Of a stretch of 64,000 bases of DNA, positions 51,372 to 64,000 are shown piece after piece. The stretch's first letter is position 1; each line of letters starts with the position of its first letter. A program made the translations under genes and the position numbers. The notes under the pieces are model-generated. The model was not told the origin of the DNA, did no database searches, and saw nothing but the letters and a program-made list of their open reading frames with translations. Source of the DNA: Vicugna vicugna (taxonomy: Eukaryota); the NCBI GenBank assembly GCA_013265495.1, contig MU058584.1, positions 4,718,508 to 4,782,507 on the forward strand, in the 5' to 3' direction.

Positions 51372-52166
51372 ATTTTTATTGAAGTATAGTCAGTTTACAA
51401 TGTTGTGTCAATTTCTGGTGTACAGCACAATGCTTCAGTCATATAGGAACATACATATATTTGTTCATATTCTTTTTCACCATAGGTTACTATAAGATAT
51501 TGAATATAGTTCCCTGTGCTATACAGAAGAAATTTGTTGCTTATATATTTTATATATAGAGCTAGAAACTGCGAATCCCAAACTCCCAATTTACCCCTTC
51601 CTACCCTCTTCCTCGCCTGGTAACCATAAGTTTGTTTTCTATGTCTGTGAATCTGTTTCTGTTTTATAAATAAATTCGTTTGTGTCTTTTGTTCAGATTT
51701 CACATATAAGTGATATCATATGGTATTTTTCTCTCTCTTTTTGGCTTACTTCACTTAGAATGGATCTTTCCAGGTGCACCCATGTTGCAGCAAATGGCAT
51801 TTTATTATTTTTTATGGCTGAGTAGTATTCCATTGTATATATTTATACCACAACTTCTTTATCCAGTCATCTGTTGATGGACATTTAGGTTGTTTCCATA
51901 TCTTGACAATTGTAAATAGTGCTGCTATGAACACTGGAGTGCATGTATCTTTTCACCTTAGAGTTCCTTCCAGNNNNNNNNNNNNNNNNNNATGCCTCGG
52001 AATTGCTGGATCATATGGTAAGTCTATTTTTAGTTTTTCAAGGAATCTCCATACTGTTTTCCATAATGGCTGTATCAATTTACATTCCCACCAACAGTGT
52101 AGGAGGGTTCCCTTCTCTCTACACCCTCTCCAGCATTTATCATTTGTGGACTTTTTAGTGATGTCC
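51372..52166 (-). mobile_element. 5'-truncated L1 with 20-bp TSD (contains an 18-N gap at 51974-51991)
   Basis: ATTCTAAGCA(G/A)TTCCTTCTT at 51352-51371 and 52167-52186, plus an ORF2p C-terminal peptide. Confidence 0.92.
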
Positions 52167-52236
52167 ATTCTAAGCAATTCCTTCTTGAAATCTCTGCTTA
52201 GATGTCTTATGGTCTTTGTGTTAGTTTCTTATTGCT

Positions 52237-52923
52237 GCTGTAACAAATATCCCTAAACTTAGTGGCTTAAAACAACACAAATTTATTATCTTACAGTTCT
52301 GGAGGTCAGAGGTCTTAACTAAGTTTCACTGGGCAAAAATCCAGGTGTTGGCAGGTGTTTCCTTCTAGGCTGTAGCAGAGAATCCATTTCCTTATCTTCG
52401 ACAACTTCCTTGGCTCATGATCCTTTCCTCTGCTTTCAAAGCCAGCAGTGCTGCATCTTCTCTTCTCTCTGACCTCTGCCTATGTGCCTACATCTTTTCT
52501 CTCTGACTCTGAGCCTTTTGCCTCCTTCTAGTAAACACCCCTGTGATTCTATTGGGCCCACCCTGATGATGCAGGATAATGCTGTAACAAATATCCCTAA
52601 ACTTAGTGGCTTAAAACAACACAAATTTATTATCTTACAGTTCTGGAGGTCAGAGGTCTTAAATAAGTTTCACTGGGCTAAAATCCAGGTGTCGGCAGGT
52701 GTTCCTTCTAGGCTGTAGCAGAGAATCCATTTCCTTATCTTCGACAACTTCCTTGGCTCATGATCCTTTCCTCTGCTTTCAAAGCCAGCAGTGCTGCATC
52801 TTCTCTTCTCTCTGACCTCTGCCTATGTGCCTACATCTTTTCTCTCTGACTCTGAGCCTTTTGCCTCCTTCTAGTAAACACCCCTGTGATTCTATTGGGC
52901 CCACCCTGATGATGCAGGATAAT
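52237..52923 (+). repeat. Head-to-tail tandem duplication, 344 + 343 bp
   Basis: 52237-52580 versus 52581-52923, with 3 substitutions and one 1-bp indel seen. Confidence 0.97.
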
Positions 52924-52974
52924 CTCTCCATCTCAAATTTTTAACTTAGTTACCTCTGCAAAGCTCCCCACCCC

Positions 52975-53908
52975 CTACTTTAATAGATTTTAGTTTTTAG
53001 AACAGTTTTAGGTTCACAGCAAAACTGAGCATTAAGTACAGAGATTTCCCATATACTTTCTGCCCTGCCCCCACCTGCATAGCCTCCTCTACTATCAACA
53101 TCCTGCACCAGAACAGTACATTTATCACACTGATGAACCTACACTGACATGTCATCATCACCCAAAGTCTGTTACGTTCTTGGTGGTGTACCCTCTTGGG
53201 GTCGTTTATTCTATGGGTTTGGTCAAATGTATAGTGACAGGTACCATCATTATGATATCCTGCAGAGTATTTTCACTGCCCTAAAATTCCTCTGTGCTCT
53301 GCCTCCTCATCCCTCTTTCTCTCCAACACTCCCGGCAACCATTGTTCTTTTCATTGCCTCCATAGTTTTGCCTTTTCCAGAATGTCACACAGTTGGGATC
53401 ATATAGTATACATAGCCTTTTTGGATTGGCTTTTTTTCACTTAGCAATATATGCATTTAAATTTCCTCCCTGTCTTTTCGTGACTTGATAGCTCATTTCT
53501 TTTTAGCCCTGAATAATATTCCATTGTCAGGATGTACCACAGTTTATTAATCCATTCACCTACTCAAGGACTTCTTGGTTGCTTTGGAGTTTTGGCAATT
53601 ACAAATGAAGATGTTATAAACATCTGTGTGAAGGTTTTTGTGTGGATGTAAGTTTTCAGCTTATCTGAGTATGTACCATGGAGTGTGATTCTTGGGTCAT
53701 ATGATAAGCCTGTGTTGAGTTTTGTAAGAAGCCACCAAACTATCTTCCAGAGTGGCTGCACCATTTTGCATTCCTACCAGCAATGTCTGAGGTTCCTATT
53801 GCGCTGCATCCTCCCCAGCATTTGGTGTTGTCAGTGTTTTGGGGTTTTGGTTGTTCTGACAGGTGCGTAGTGGTATCTCATTTCCCTGATGACACATGAT
53901 GTTGAACA
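52975..53908 (-). mobile_element. Old L1 3' end nested in MLT1
   Basis: tttagaacagttttaggttcacagcaaaa...agtggctgcaccattttgcattcc. Confidence 0.85.
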
Positions 53909-54059
53909 GCAGAGTTCCTGCCTACCATGTGAGGTAACATGATAAACAGGTTCCGAGGATTAGGGCACGGACATCTTGTTCAGCCTATCACCGTCTTCTC
54001 AGTAATAGGTCCATGAAAATGGAAGTTTTGATTCCCCTAACTAAAGCAGTACCTCTGTA

Positions 54060-54900
54060 AACCCTTCTTCCCAGGTCCTTCTGCATCTCAGCAAATGGCC
54101 CTCCCATCAATCCACTAATCACCCACCTCAGATAAACTTGGTTCCTCACTCCTCCCTCACACCATATCCAGTTCCCTCATGTGGCTCTGCCGTATCTACT
54201 TCTAAGATGTAGCTACAGCCCGATCACGTGTCCCTGTGGCCACTGCCACCACCCCAGGCGACACCACCACCATCTTTGCCTGAACCACTGTAACAGCCCC
54301 CTAATTTGTCTGTTTACTTCCACTCCTGCCTTTTACTCCTCTATTCCCCATAAGTCACCCAGGTTAAAAAAGCACACAAAGCAACACACGCTGTCTTCCC
54401 ACTTTAATGCATACTACTAGATTCCTGTCTCATGTTGGATGAAATCCAGATTCCTTACATGGGTTAAAAGGCCCCTCTTGAAGCACATCTCGCTCTGCTG
54501 TCTCTGCACCACCATGTTCTCTAACTGGCCCAAGTCATGCTTTGCATATGCGGTTCCTCTGCCTGAATTCTTCCCCCAACTCCTTCCTGACTAAATCCTT
54601 GTCCTCTTTTTGGTCTTAGCTGAAATGGCTCCTCATCAATAAAGACTTTCCATACAACCCACCTAATGAGGATCCTTCCCACCCTGCTTTGCCCACAATT
54701 TTTGCCACTGCCTCAGCCTTATACACATTCATCATAGACTCATCACTGTGGATGATGACTTAGCCGTTTTTGCTTTACGTTCTTCATCGTCTCTGTCAGA
54801 CTGTTGATTCCATGAAGGCATGGCCATATCTGTCTCATGCATCATTGGATGTGATGCTTCATCTGTATTTGGCACTTAGTAGGCACTGAATGCATTTCGT
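54060..54900. mobile_element. L2 fragment
   Basis: catctcagcaaatggc...tggcacttagtaggcact. Confidence 0.6.
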
Positions 54901-55859
54901 ATATCATCTTTCCCCTGACATGATCTTATCTTTTTGCTTTTCTTTTCCTTTTGTTTTGATCTTCTACGACTTTCTGTTGTAGCAAGAGAAAAACTCACAC
55001 CTCCTGTGATCTACTCAGAGTTAGAGAGGTACAGCTGCCCCCCCTCACCTCCTCCCCAATTTGTACTGTGTGTCATGAGTGAAAGAAATGTTTTCTTCTA
55101 GTAGTGTCTTCCCAGGGAAAGGGGGGATTCACCCAGAATGCCAAGTAGGTCACAGACCGTCTAAGGGGAAAGCCAGAATGCCTTCCTGGACTCAGGATTA
55201 ACCTTGCTCTGCAAAATAATGTAAAAAGCTTACTTTCACTCACTGAGGGCAGAGCGCTTCCTTAGAGTAATAAGATGCTCAATGATTTTTTTTCCTCTCT
55301 CTGACTTCAGCTGGTGATAAGAAATATTTGGGTTGTGAATTCTAGGGAAGGAGAACAAGGTTCAGAGCTCGTCTGCTTGTGAGAGGCAGTGAGGACCCTT
55401 GAGATGAGCTGGGTGGGAGTGTGGGACCCCTCAGGAGATAGGTGGCCAGTAGAGGATGCCTGGGGAGAAAGCGGTCCTTAGTTCTTTCCTCCTGATCTCT
55501 GACCCTTGAGTGAGTGGCACACAGAGCATCTTCCTTCATTCTGTGCTCACATATTCCTGGCACAGCGCCCCAGGCCTTCCATATATGCCACTCGATTTGG
55601 GGCTAGCGGATTGCTGAGGGATTTAGGCTCTCGGCTGTGTCAGGAAATCCTGCACTGGCATCGAGTTTGTCAGTTCTCCCTGGGACCTCTTTCCCTATAG
55701 GTGCCACATGCCATGATTTATACACAAACATGATTTGCCTGATTGTTGCAGTCTGAGCCTGGAACAATTTTAATTAACGAGAAAATGGTCCTCAATACAC
55801 CGATTAGACCTCTTCAGGTACAGCAAGATAAAAGCCTGATAATTTGGATGGAGTACTCT

Positions 55860-56040
55860 TCTTAAACGTCTACTCTGTGCACAGCAGCCAATGGGAAAGC
55901 CGAGCTTTCTCCCACCTGATCCAATGAGTAATTAAGAGAGGCCTTTTTCCTCCCCACCTCTCCCCTCCCTCCCCCCCGCCTCCCCCCCCAAAAGCTTAAC
56001 AGGTTGGTGGTATAATTTGGACTTTCAGGGGTGTCATGCT
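55860..56040 (+). promoter_or_regulatory. TBX19: TBX19 proximal promoter
   Basis: CCAAT at 55888 and 55921, TAATTA at 55929, a C-rich Sp/KLF tract at about 55950-55990, TATA-like TATAAT at 56011. Confidence 0.6.
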
Positions 56041-56179
56041 AGGAGCTGAGGCAAGAGACAGGGCCTCTCCTCTCGAGCTCCCCGGCTCCCCTGTCCAGCT
56101 GGGCTGGAAAAGCAGGCAAGTGAGAGGAGGAAAGAGGGGGAAGTAGGTAAAGTGGGTGACATTTCTCAGCAAAGTTTGA

Positions 56180-56392
<213 letters not shown>

Positions 56393-59300
56393 TGAGTGTA
56401 TCTACGACCCTGCTGGGACTGGCAGGGCTTGGCGAGGAAAGGGAAGCCCCCTGAATATTGAAAAGGCTGCCGCTCTTGGCTCAGAGGCAGCAGGGTCTGA
56501 TTAGCTGAAGGACAGTCTCACATGGCTTTCCCCCAGCCAACTTAATTAACTTCTCAGACATCACCAGAAAAGAGGAGGGTGAAGCCACCTGTCCTGCCCA
56601 CATTTTAAATGAAGAAATTCTGGGAAATTACTATAAAGGGGCGGCATGTCCCGTGGGTTTGGGGAATGCACTCCAACATCAGAAAAATAATGTTAATTTT
56701 TGACTGACTGCCTGTCCTGGAGCAGATGATTATTCTTTGAGCTCCAACTCCATTCAGATAAGGTAAAAGGCAACTTTATTTGGAAGCTGCATGGTTTCCT
56801 CTGAAGTACAGAAAAATTGCTAGACACTTCTAACTAGTTGAGGATTCGGAGGCAAAAGGCCAATTTAATCCCACTGCCTAGCCCTACATCTGCTTCCGCC
56901 TGGGTGTCTGTGGTGAGTGTTCATTTGAGATTTTGTGTGTTTATGATGACCTGAGAGCTGTTGCAGTAATAGTTAATGAAACCGTAACATACTGCCCGAG
57001 GAAAGAGAAGATGACTTCTTTATTCTCATTGCAACAAATTAGGAATGAACTGAAACAGATCTCTGTTGGTATTTCTTGGATTTGATTAAATTGAGCCCCG
57101 CTAAGTGGCTCTCAAGGTAACATTAGGAGCTTGCTTCTATTTAGTAGCGGGGAGAAAAATATTTAGAAAGAAAATCTTAGTGCTCTCAGCTTGGCCAAAC
57201 TGGTCCCAACATTCAGCTGATGTTCACTGATCTTTCTGTTCACACGGCCACAAAAGTACAAAACGTCGAAAGGCACTTTCAGTATGGTTAGTTTCAGCAG
57301 GATTCTAATTGTGACTCTTGAGAGAAATTCTGCTGTCTAATGAGAGAAAAGTCCAGGCTGGCTGAACTTCTGGCAGGCTGCTGTCCTTGTGAAAAATGCT
57401 TCCATTCCTGATGTCTTGCTTTCCCATTTCTGAATCAAGTGCACAGTATAGAGAATGAACTGCTCCTTGTCTATCTGAGAAAACGATGAACTTGAGTGTT
57501 GTTGTGTGACATTGAAGTGCTCTGTAAGTGACAGGTGTTCCAGAAATAAGGGTGTTTCAATGAAGTGTGATGATGAATTGTAGCGAGAACATCAACCTTG
57601 CTGGATGCTCAGATTTTCTCTTTCTAGATGAGTCCCATATTTATATTTATTTCATGTATAGGATTTATTTTTTAACATTTATAATTATAATTACACCTGT
57701 TCCTATTCTTGACCTATACTGACATGTTATTTTTGGTAGAAAGAGATAAGAAAACATGTCTTCAATTTCAAAGAACCACCCCAAATTCCTCATTGGATTT
57801 ATTTTCTTTTCTTTCAAAGATGAGTGATGATACACTTTTAAAACTTTTATACTGTCTGATAACAGGCAGAACTTTCTGTTTGTTTATTGTTCTTTGTAGT
57901 TACTGGACAGTAGCTACACCAGCACTTAGCCTCTGTTTGGCTTTCAAAGTGGTCATACACGAAAGTAGAAAAAGTACAATCACCAAATAAAAACAGAGTT
58001 CTTCTAACCCAATAAGGAATAAGTAAGTTTCCAAAATCATTGTAATCATTGTAAATTCATTGTAAAATTCAATGTCATATTGGTGTGTACTTCCATCATT
58101 TAAGAAGAGCTTTTTCTTGCCTTTTTGCACCTATATAATTTTTATCCACATTTAAAATTTAAAATTCTTCACTTGTTTGAAGTTATGTCATATTAACTAT
58201 GTAAAGATTATTCTTTGGAGAAAAAGTGTAATTATGGTCCACTTGGTTATTTTTATTTTCTATGAAGGCCCTGCTGCCCTTTCACCTGCCCAGTGAACTG
58301 AATCTTTTCTTAGGGTCCTCTTAAGATCTCTGAACCCTTCGGGGTTAAGATTTGGCAGGAGATAGAAAGTTCCCTTTATACTTCAGATAAAGAAGGGAAG
58401 ACGAATCTCTAACAAACTGATGTGGCTGAAGATGAATGATCATGGTCTGGATGACCCTCAATACCTTAGTTTCACAGAATATACTGTTAACAACACTTCC
58501 CTGTTCTTGATACAAACACACCTTTCATGTTTCGTTGTCTTCTTTACTCTCCTCTTCACCTTTCATTTTCCCTTCTTTTTCTCCTAACCATCTATTCCTG
58601 TATCTCTCCTTTTTACCCATTTCCCTCTGGCTGTAGACCCACTATGTCTCTACCAGATGCCCCGTCCCCGCCTTTCACACCAACTCCTGAGCCTGAAGAA
58701 GATGGATTTGAGGCCCTTCTCTGGGGAGAAGAAAATTCCTGATTGTTAACCCCCAGCCCTAGCCCTTTTTATTTATGTTGCCTACCTGCCCCTGGAGGCA
58801 GTTGACTGTCTGACTTTTGTAAAAGCTTCGGGGCTGGGTGGGTGAGTAATCAGCTCCCGTACCCTTGAGCATAATTGTTCTGCGTTAATAGCAAGTTTTG
58901 AAGTAGCCTAGGATGGGTGGATGAATTAAAAGACTCATTTTCAAATGGAGACCGATTTATATATATATGTATATAAATAGGAGACTTGCTTCTGACATTG
59001 AGCAGAAGTACCAAAGTGAGATTTCCCCTGAAAAACACTGCATTATCCCTAGAAAGTGGGATTATGGTGGCTGCCTTCCCTCTGCCTGTCCCTCCCTCCT
59101 CCCTCGGTTTTAGTGCTGCTTTTCCCTTTCCTCTTTTTTTTTTTCTTCTTCCCTGGTTTTTTGTTTAAAACGGTTGGTTATTCATATTCAACAGTCATTC
59201 AGACATAACAATAATAATTATAATACCTCCCTGGAGTGCATTTGAATCATTTCCAGCGCATCCAGCTTATAAGTACTTCCTTTCATCTACATCCTTTAGG

Positions 59301-60729
59301 CGAGGAACTAGTATTTTAAGTTGCAGAAAAAAACTTCAGGTTTCAGCGGCCAATAAATGAAATCTCTTGCGCCTTGTATTTTCTCTGCTATAACATCTTC
59401 ACTTTAGGGGAAGATGTTGTATTGCATGTGTACTTCCATGCAGTTAACTAATTTGACTTAATTCTGTTTAAATTTGCCTTGAGGAGATTTTAAGAAATTG
59501 GAAGGATTTCTAATGTAATTAGGATTTCTATGTAATGTGTGTCTATTTATTATCAGAAAGTAAGTGTTGGGATCTCTAAGTTGAACTTGCCAATGGAAGG
59601 AATGTTGGTGCAGTGAGCTCATGTTCCTAGTTTCCAGGGATGGCGGTGCTAGAGGAGAGAAAAATCAAGGTTGCACATCAGGAAATAATTTTCCATGCCC
59701 CTGTGGTCCATGCGTATTATTTTTTTTTTATCTTCGAAGTTTACAGTGGCAGTTCATGAGGATCGTAGGGATTTGTGTGACCTGCCTCCACCCAGGCTGC
59801 TTCGGTGTCCGGCCGCTCTTCTCACGCCTGCTCGCCTTCTCATAAACCCCAACATCCACGCACGCATGCGCACACGCTCCGCAAGCTCGAATGCGTGTTT
59901 CCAGATGGGAGGTGGAGGAAGGAGTTTACAAGTGACACTTTCTGAGTTTTGCCTTGAATCGTCTCTACTGTTCTCCCACCTGGAAATTCTGCCTTATCTC
60001 TGCCCCCTTTCTTCCCGCAGACATCACTCCTCACAGCCTCCTTCAGCAGTGCGGGCTGTCAAGATCTCCTGTTAGGGAACTAAAAACCGAAACGCTAGCC
60101 TTATAGCAAAGCAACAGAGATTCGTGGGTCAAGCTCAAGCATCTGGTTCCTCGCGTATGGTTTTGGGGAGTGCTTATCCCCCTGGCACATTTGTTCCTCT
60201 GTCTCTCCCTGTCTCTCTGCCTCTCTCTCAGGTATAGAGGCTGATTTACGTATTTCTCAGTTCAAAGAGTTCAAAGGCTCTTGGCCATCTCTGTGGTGAG
60301 CCACACCTTGGGAAGAAAAGGGAGAAAAGATCAAATTGATGAGATGTGCAGTTCATCCCTGAAAACACAGCCTGGTTATGAGTGCTGTCCACAAGTAAAT
60401 AGACAAGATAACCGAGTCCTGGTGAGGCTGGAGAAAGAGGCAGAGGGAAGGTAGGAGGAACTGAACTTGGCTTAGAGGCAGGGTACGTTCCAGTTCCAGT
60501 TACAAAGCTTCTGTAGGTTGACTGACTTTTATTTTTTCCGTTATTTATTTACTTCATTAGAGGACTGACAATACATAGCATCTCTTAGTTGATTCATCTA
60601 GTGATGAAAAAGTTAAAATAATTACAAAATCCTTGGCAAATGAAGTACTAGACAATAAAGCAACAACTGATTCTACCACGTTTTATATGAGCCTGGATGC
60701 TATGGCTTCTTCACTTCTTTACTTTCTTC

Positions 60730-61510
60730 TTTAATTTTTTTTGTTCACAGCTTTATTGTGGTAATTCACATACCATTCAATTCACCCATTTAAATGCACA
60801 ATTCAGTGGTTTTTGGTATGTTCACAGAGTTGCGTGTATAATCCCACAAATAATTAAAGAATATTTTCATTATTCCCCAAGGAAACTTTGCATCCCTTAG
60901 CCATCACCCCCTGGTCCTCCATCCTCCCCAGCCCTGGCAACCATAATCTCCTTTCTAGCTCTATGGACATTTCATATGATTGGAAGCATACAAGATGTGG
61001 TCCTTTGTGACTGGCTTCTTTCACTTAGCATGATGTCTTCAAGGTTCATCCATGTTGCAGCATTTTTATTGACAAATAGTATTTCATTGTATAAATATAC
61101 CTCATTATGTTTATTCGCTCATCAGTGAACATGTGGGTCGTTTCCACTTTTTGGCGATAATGAATAATGCTGCTATGAACATCTATATACAAGTTTTTGT
61201 GTGGGTGTGTATCTTCATTTCTCTCGCATGTATACCTAGGAATGGAATTGCTGGGTCATCTGGTAACTCTGTCTTTTGACTCACTGAGGAACTGCAAGAC
61301 TTTTTTTTCCGAAGTGGCTGCACCATTTCATATTCCCACCAGCAATGTATAAGGGTTCCAATTTCTCCACATCCTCACCGACGCTTGCTGTTGTCCACTT
61401 AAAAAAAAATTGCAATCATCCTAGTGAGGATGAAACGGTCTCTCACTGTGGTTTTGATTTGCACTTCCCTGATGGCTAATGACACTGAGCATCTTTTCAC
61501 GCGTTCATAG
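60730..61510 (-). mobile_element. Old L1 3' end in TBX19 intron 1
   Basis: cagctttattg...ggcttctttcacttagcat...gttttgatttgcacttccctgatggctaatg. Confidence 0.85.
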
Positions 61511-61689
61511 TTTCTTTAGAATATCAGTGCAGAGCTCCCAAAGGTAGCACGAAAGAAGAAAAGCCATTATACATTTTCTATTTTAGGATGCTGCATTCTT
61601 TGTGAGACCTAGCAAGATTCAGTTGAGAGAGAGAGATGAGGGCACGCTATTAGCAACAGAAATGAAAATCTGAATTTTTGCTTCATTTT

Positions 61690-62160
61690 CCCTCAGCCAC
61701 ACTGGTCTTCTCTTTCCTCTATAATCCTCAGTCGTCCAGGCTTATTTGGTCCTTGGGGGCTTTGGACTTGCTCCTCCTTTAGTGTGTAGGTGTGTTCACA
61801 TCACTCATTTCTGGCATTTGCTCATTTCTTCTCATTATTTAGGTCTTAGTTTAAGTTAGTTCACCCCTGGACCTACCTAAGATCTGTCTAGAATACTTTC
61901 TTACTCTTTAATCTCCTTATACAGCTTCACCCATTTCAGTTCCTTCATGGCACTCTCGTGACCTAAAATTATCTTATACATTATAAAAACATCTGCTGAT
62001 ATTTTTGTTGCCTGACTTCTCTGTTAAAATGTAAGCTTCATGGATAGGACACTGGGTCTGCAATTTTTTTTTTTTTTTTTGCCATTGAATCCCCATCTAG
62101 AGAAGTTTCTGGCATAGAACAAGCACTCAAAAATAATTTGTTAAATAAATAAATGAATCT
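61690..62160. mobile_element. L2 3' fragment
   Basis: tgtaagcttcatgg...ttgttaaataaataaatgaa end. Confidence 0.6.
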
Positions 62161-63399
62161 TTAATTATGTATTAAGATTTAGGAAAGCATCGAGGGGGCT
62201 CTTCCTTTCAGTGTGGCCCAACCATGTTTACTTTCTAGAAGAATCAACAAGGAGAGAGAGAGAGAGAGAAAAAAAAAAAGATGTGGTGAATGTAATAAAA
62301 GAGGAGGCAGTGGGGGCGGGGTAAAGGGGCATGGGCTTGTGCTTCCAGAGCTTCAGTCTCCTCACCTGTAAAATGGGCATAATAACATTCACCTCCTTGG
62401 GGTGAAGTAAGACTTCAATGAGATATACATACATTAGGTATCCGTATCTAATACGTACGTACACACACATAGAGATTCACATACATTAAGTCCTAGGTGC
62501 AGAGTAAAATTCAGTCTGTGTTAACTATGATCATTTGGAAGGCCATCTTGCATTAAATCATCCCAGTCAGAATTATGTGAAACTTCCTAACATGTCCCAT
62601 CACGAAGACAACAGTCTTGCTGCCATGCTTGCGTGGCTGTGTCACTGTCCCGGCAGTTCGGCACGAGGGGAAGATGTGCTGCGTGAGCTTTCTCTTCTTT
62701 CTTTACTTTCACGTGCACTACGTATTTTTACTGAGACTACTTTTAAACTTTAACGTGTGAAATGACAATTAGACACATTTCGCTCCAGAGTTTTCCTTTA
62801 AAAAAATAAAATAAAAGTGAATATTTCAGAAAAAGCACTGGACCAGAAATCAGACCCTCTCTCTGTGTACCTCATACAAATAAGCCAGGATCCTGGCTCT
62901 CAGAGCGACCCTATCTGACCCCTAAGATCACTTCTGATGCCTGCTTTAATAATTCTTTGCAAATGGCATTTTGTGCTTTCAGAGAGCTTCTGTTTTCTAC
63001 ACGTGGCTGCTACTATTAAAATAATTGAAAACATTGACGTATATTGTAAAGGGAACCATTTAGTCTGATATAAAGAGGAAGGATAGATAAAAATACTTCT
63101 ATCGAAGAAGGAAGAAAAGAATGTGTAACTGGAAGAATTTAGACGACACGAACAGCCTCCCTAGGGGAGAACTGTCATTTTTTGGTTAATGTTCCTGTCT
63201 AATCATGTCATTAAGGAAGGGGAGCGATGATGTAAGTGATGCAACATCAGGCAAGACCTGGATTTGGGATGCATCGTGTGGTGCACCTTTCCCCTGAAAA
63301 GTGTCATTTAATTCACATACTTGTCTTAGCCTTCTATTTAAATTAACTTTCTCTCCTTAAGCACACCCAGACAGAGGGAGGGGAGAAACAGTTCTGCTG

Positions 63400-63545
63400 G
63401 GAGTCAAGGGCTGGAGGAAGCCACCAGATTCTGACTGAGTAGGTCTGGAGTGAGGCCCGAGGTTCTGCATTTCTAATAAATTTCCAGGTGAGACTGATAC
63501 TGCTGATTCCTGGGCCACTCTGAGTAGCATGTGACTAGACCCTAG
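63400..63545. mobile_element. MER5A-like hAT-Charlie fragment
   Basis: gattctgactgagtaggtctggagtgaggccc...tctgcatttctaa...ccactctgagtagca. Confidence 0.75.
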
Positions 63546-64000
63546 ATTGTTAGCGTCTCAACTTGGGGATTCATATTTTTAAAAGATGTATCGACAGACA
63601 GGACAGTCTGGTCGTGATGAGGGTGTGCCTGGAAATTAGGTCTTTTGAGAAGGTTGGAGCATCTCAGAATGGGGAAGGGAAAATAAACCAAAGAGAGTCA
63701 GAAGCTTGGTGAGATAGCTACTCCAAATATTTGTGAGGGTAAATTTGCTGGTGTCGCTCTAGGAGGTGGGAGAAGGACCAACACATCCAGATCAGAATGA
63801 ATAAAGGCATATTTTTTGAACACAATGTCCCACAAAATGCTCAATGAAACGATGGTTCCACTGTTACATTAGTGCAGAGCGTGCACAACCCTAGCTCCTT
63901 CTCAAAGGCTCATGGTGCGCTCTGATGTATTAAAGCCTCTGACAAGTCCTGCAGAAAAGGAAATTTGTATAGTCAAAGGTCCCCTTCAGTTACTTTACCA

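Larger units (their letters stand above)
52217..53992. mobile_element. MLT1-like MaLR LTR with internal tandem duplication and nested L1
   Basis: tgtgttagttt...gctgctgtaacaaat start; LTR end gtaacat...gattagggcacggacatc...cagcctatca at 53925-53992. Confidence 0.75.

Noticed and set aside
58039..58076. Degenerate cattgtaa(a)t tandem repeat
   Set aside because: A simple slippage repeat with no unique spacers; not CRISPR-like.

Overview
Mammalian genomic DNA, most likely a camelid, judging by the short tRNA-derived SINEs and young L1 3' ends. It carries the conserved + strand gene order TIPRL (last two coding exons and 3' UTR), SFT2D2 (complete, 8 coding exons, 160 aa, CpG-island promoter, long 3' UTR) and TBX19/Tpit (promoter, exon 1, start of intron 1). 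The rest is mostly transposable elements (L1, L2, MIR, SINEs, LTRs, DNA transposons) plus two N gaps. I found no evidence of a new multi-gene system. The most notable observations are structural: a 1.9-kb duplication flanking an N gap (probably a haplotype assembly artefact), a near-identical 344-bp tandem duplication inside an old LTR, an L1 whose RT deletion fits GT-AG splicing, two short L1 insertions carrying extra 3' sequence (candidate transductions), nested insertions with target-site duplications (TSDs), and a candidate SINE-derived cassette exon in SFT2D2. Gene and repeat-family names come from recalled sequences, not a database search, and repeat boundaries are approximate unless TSDs are given.
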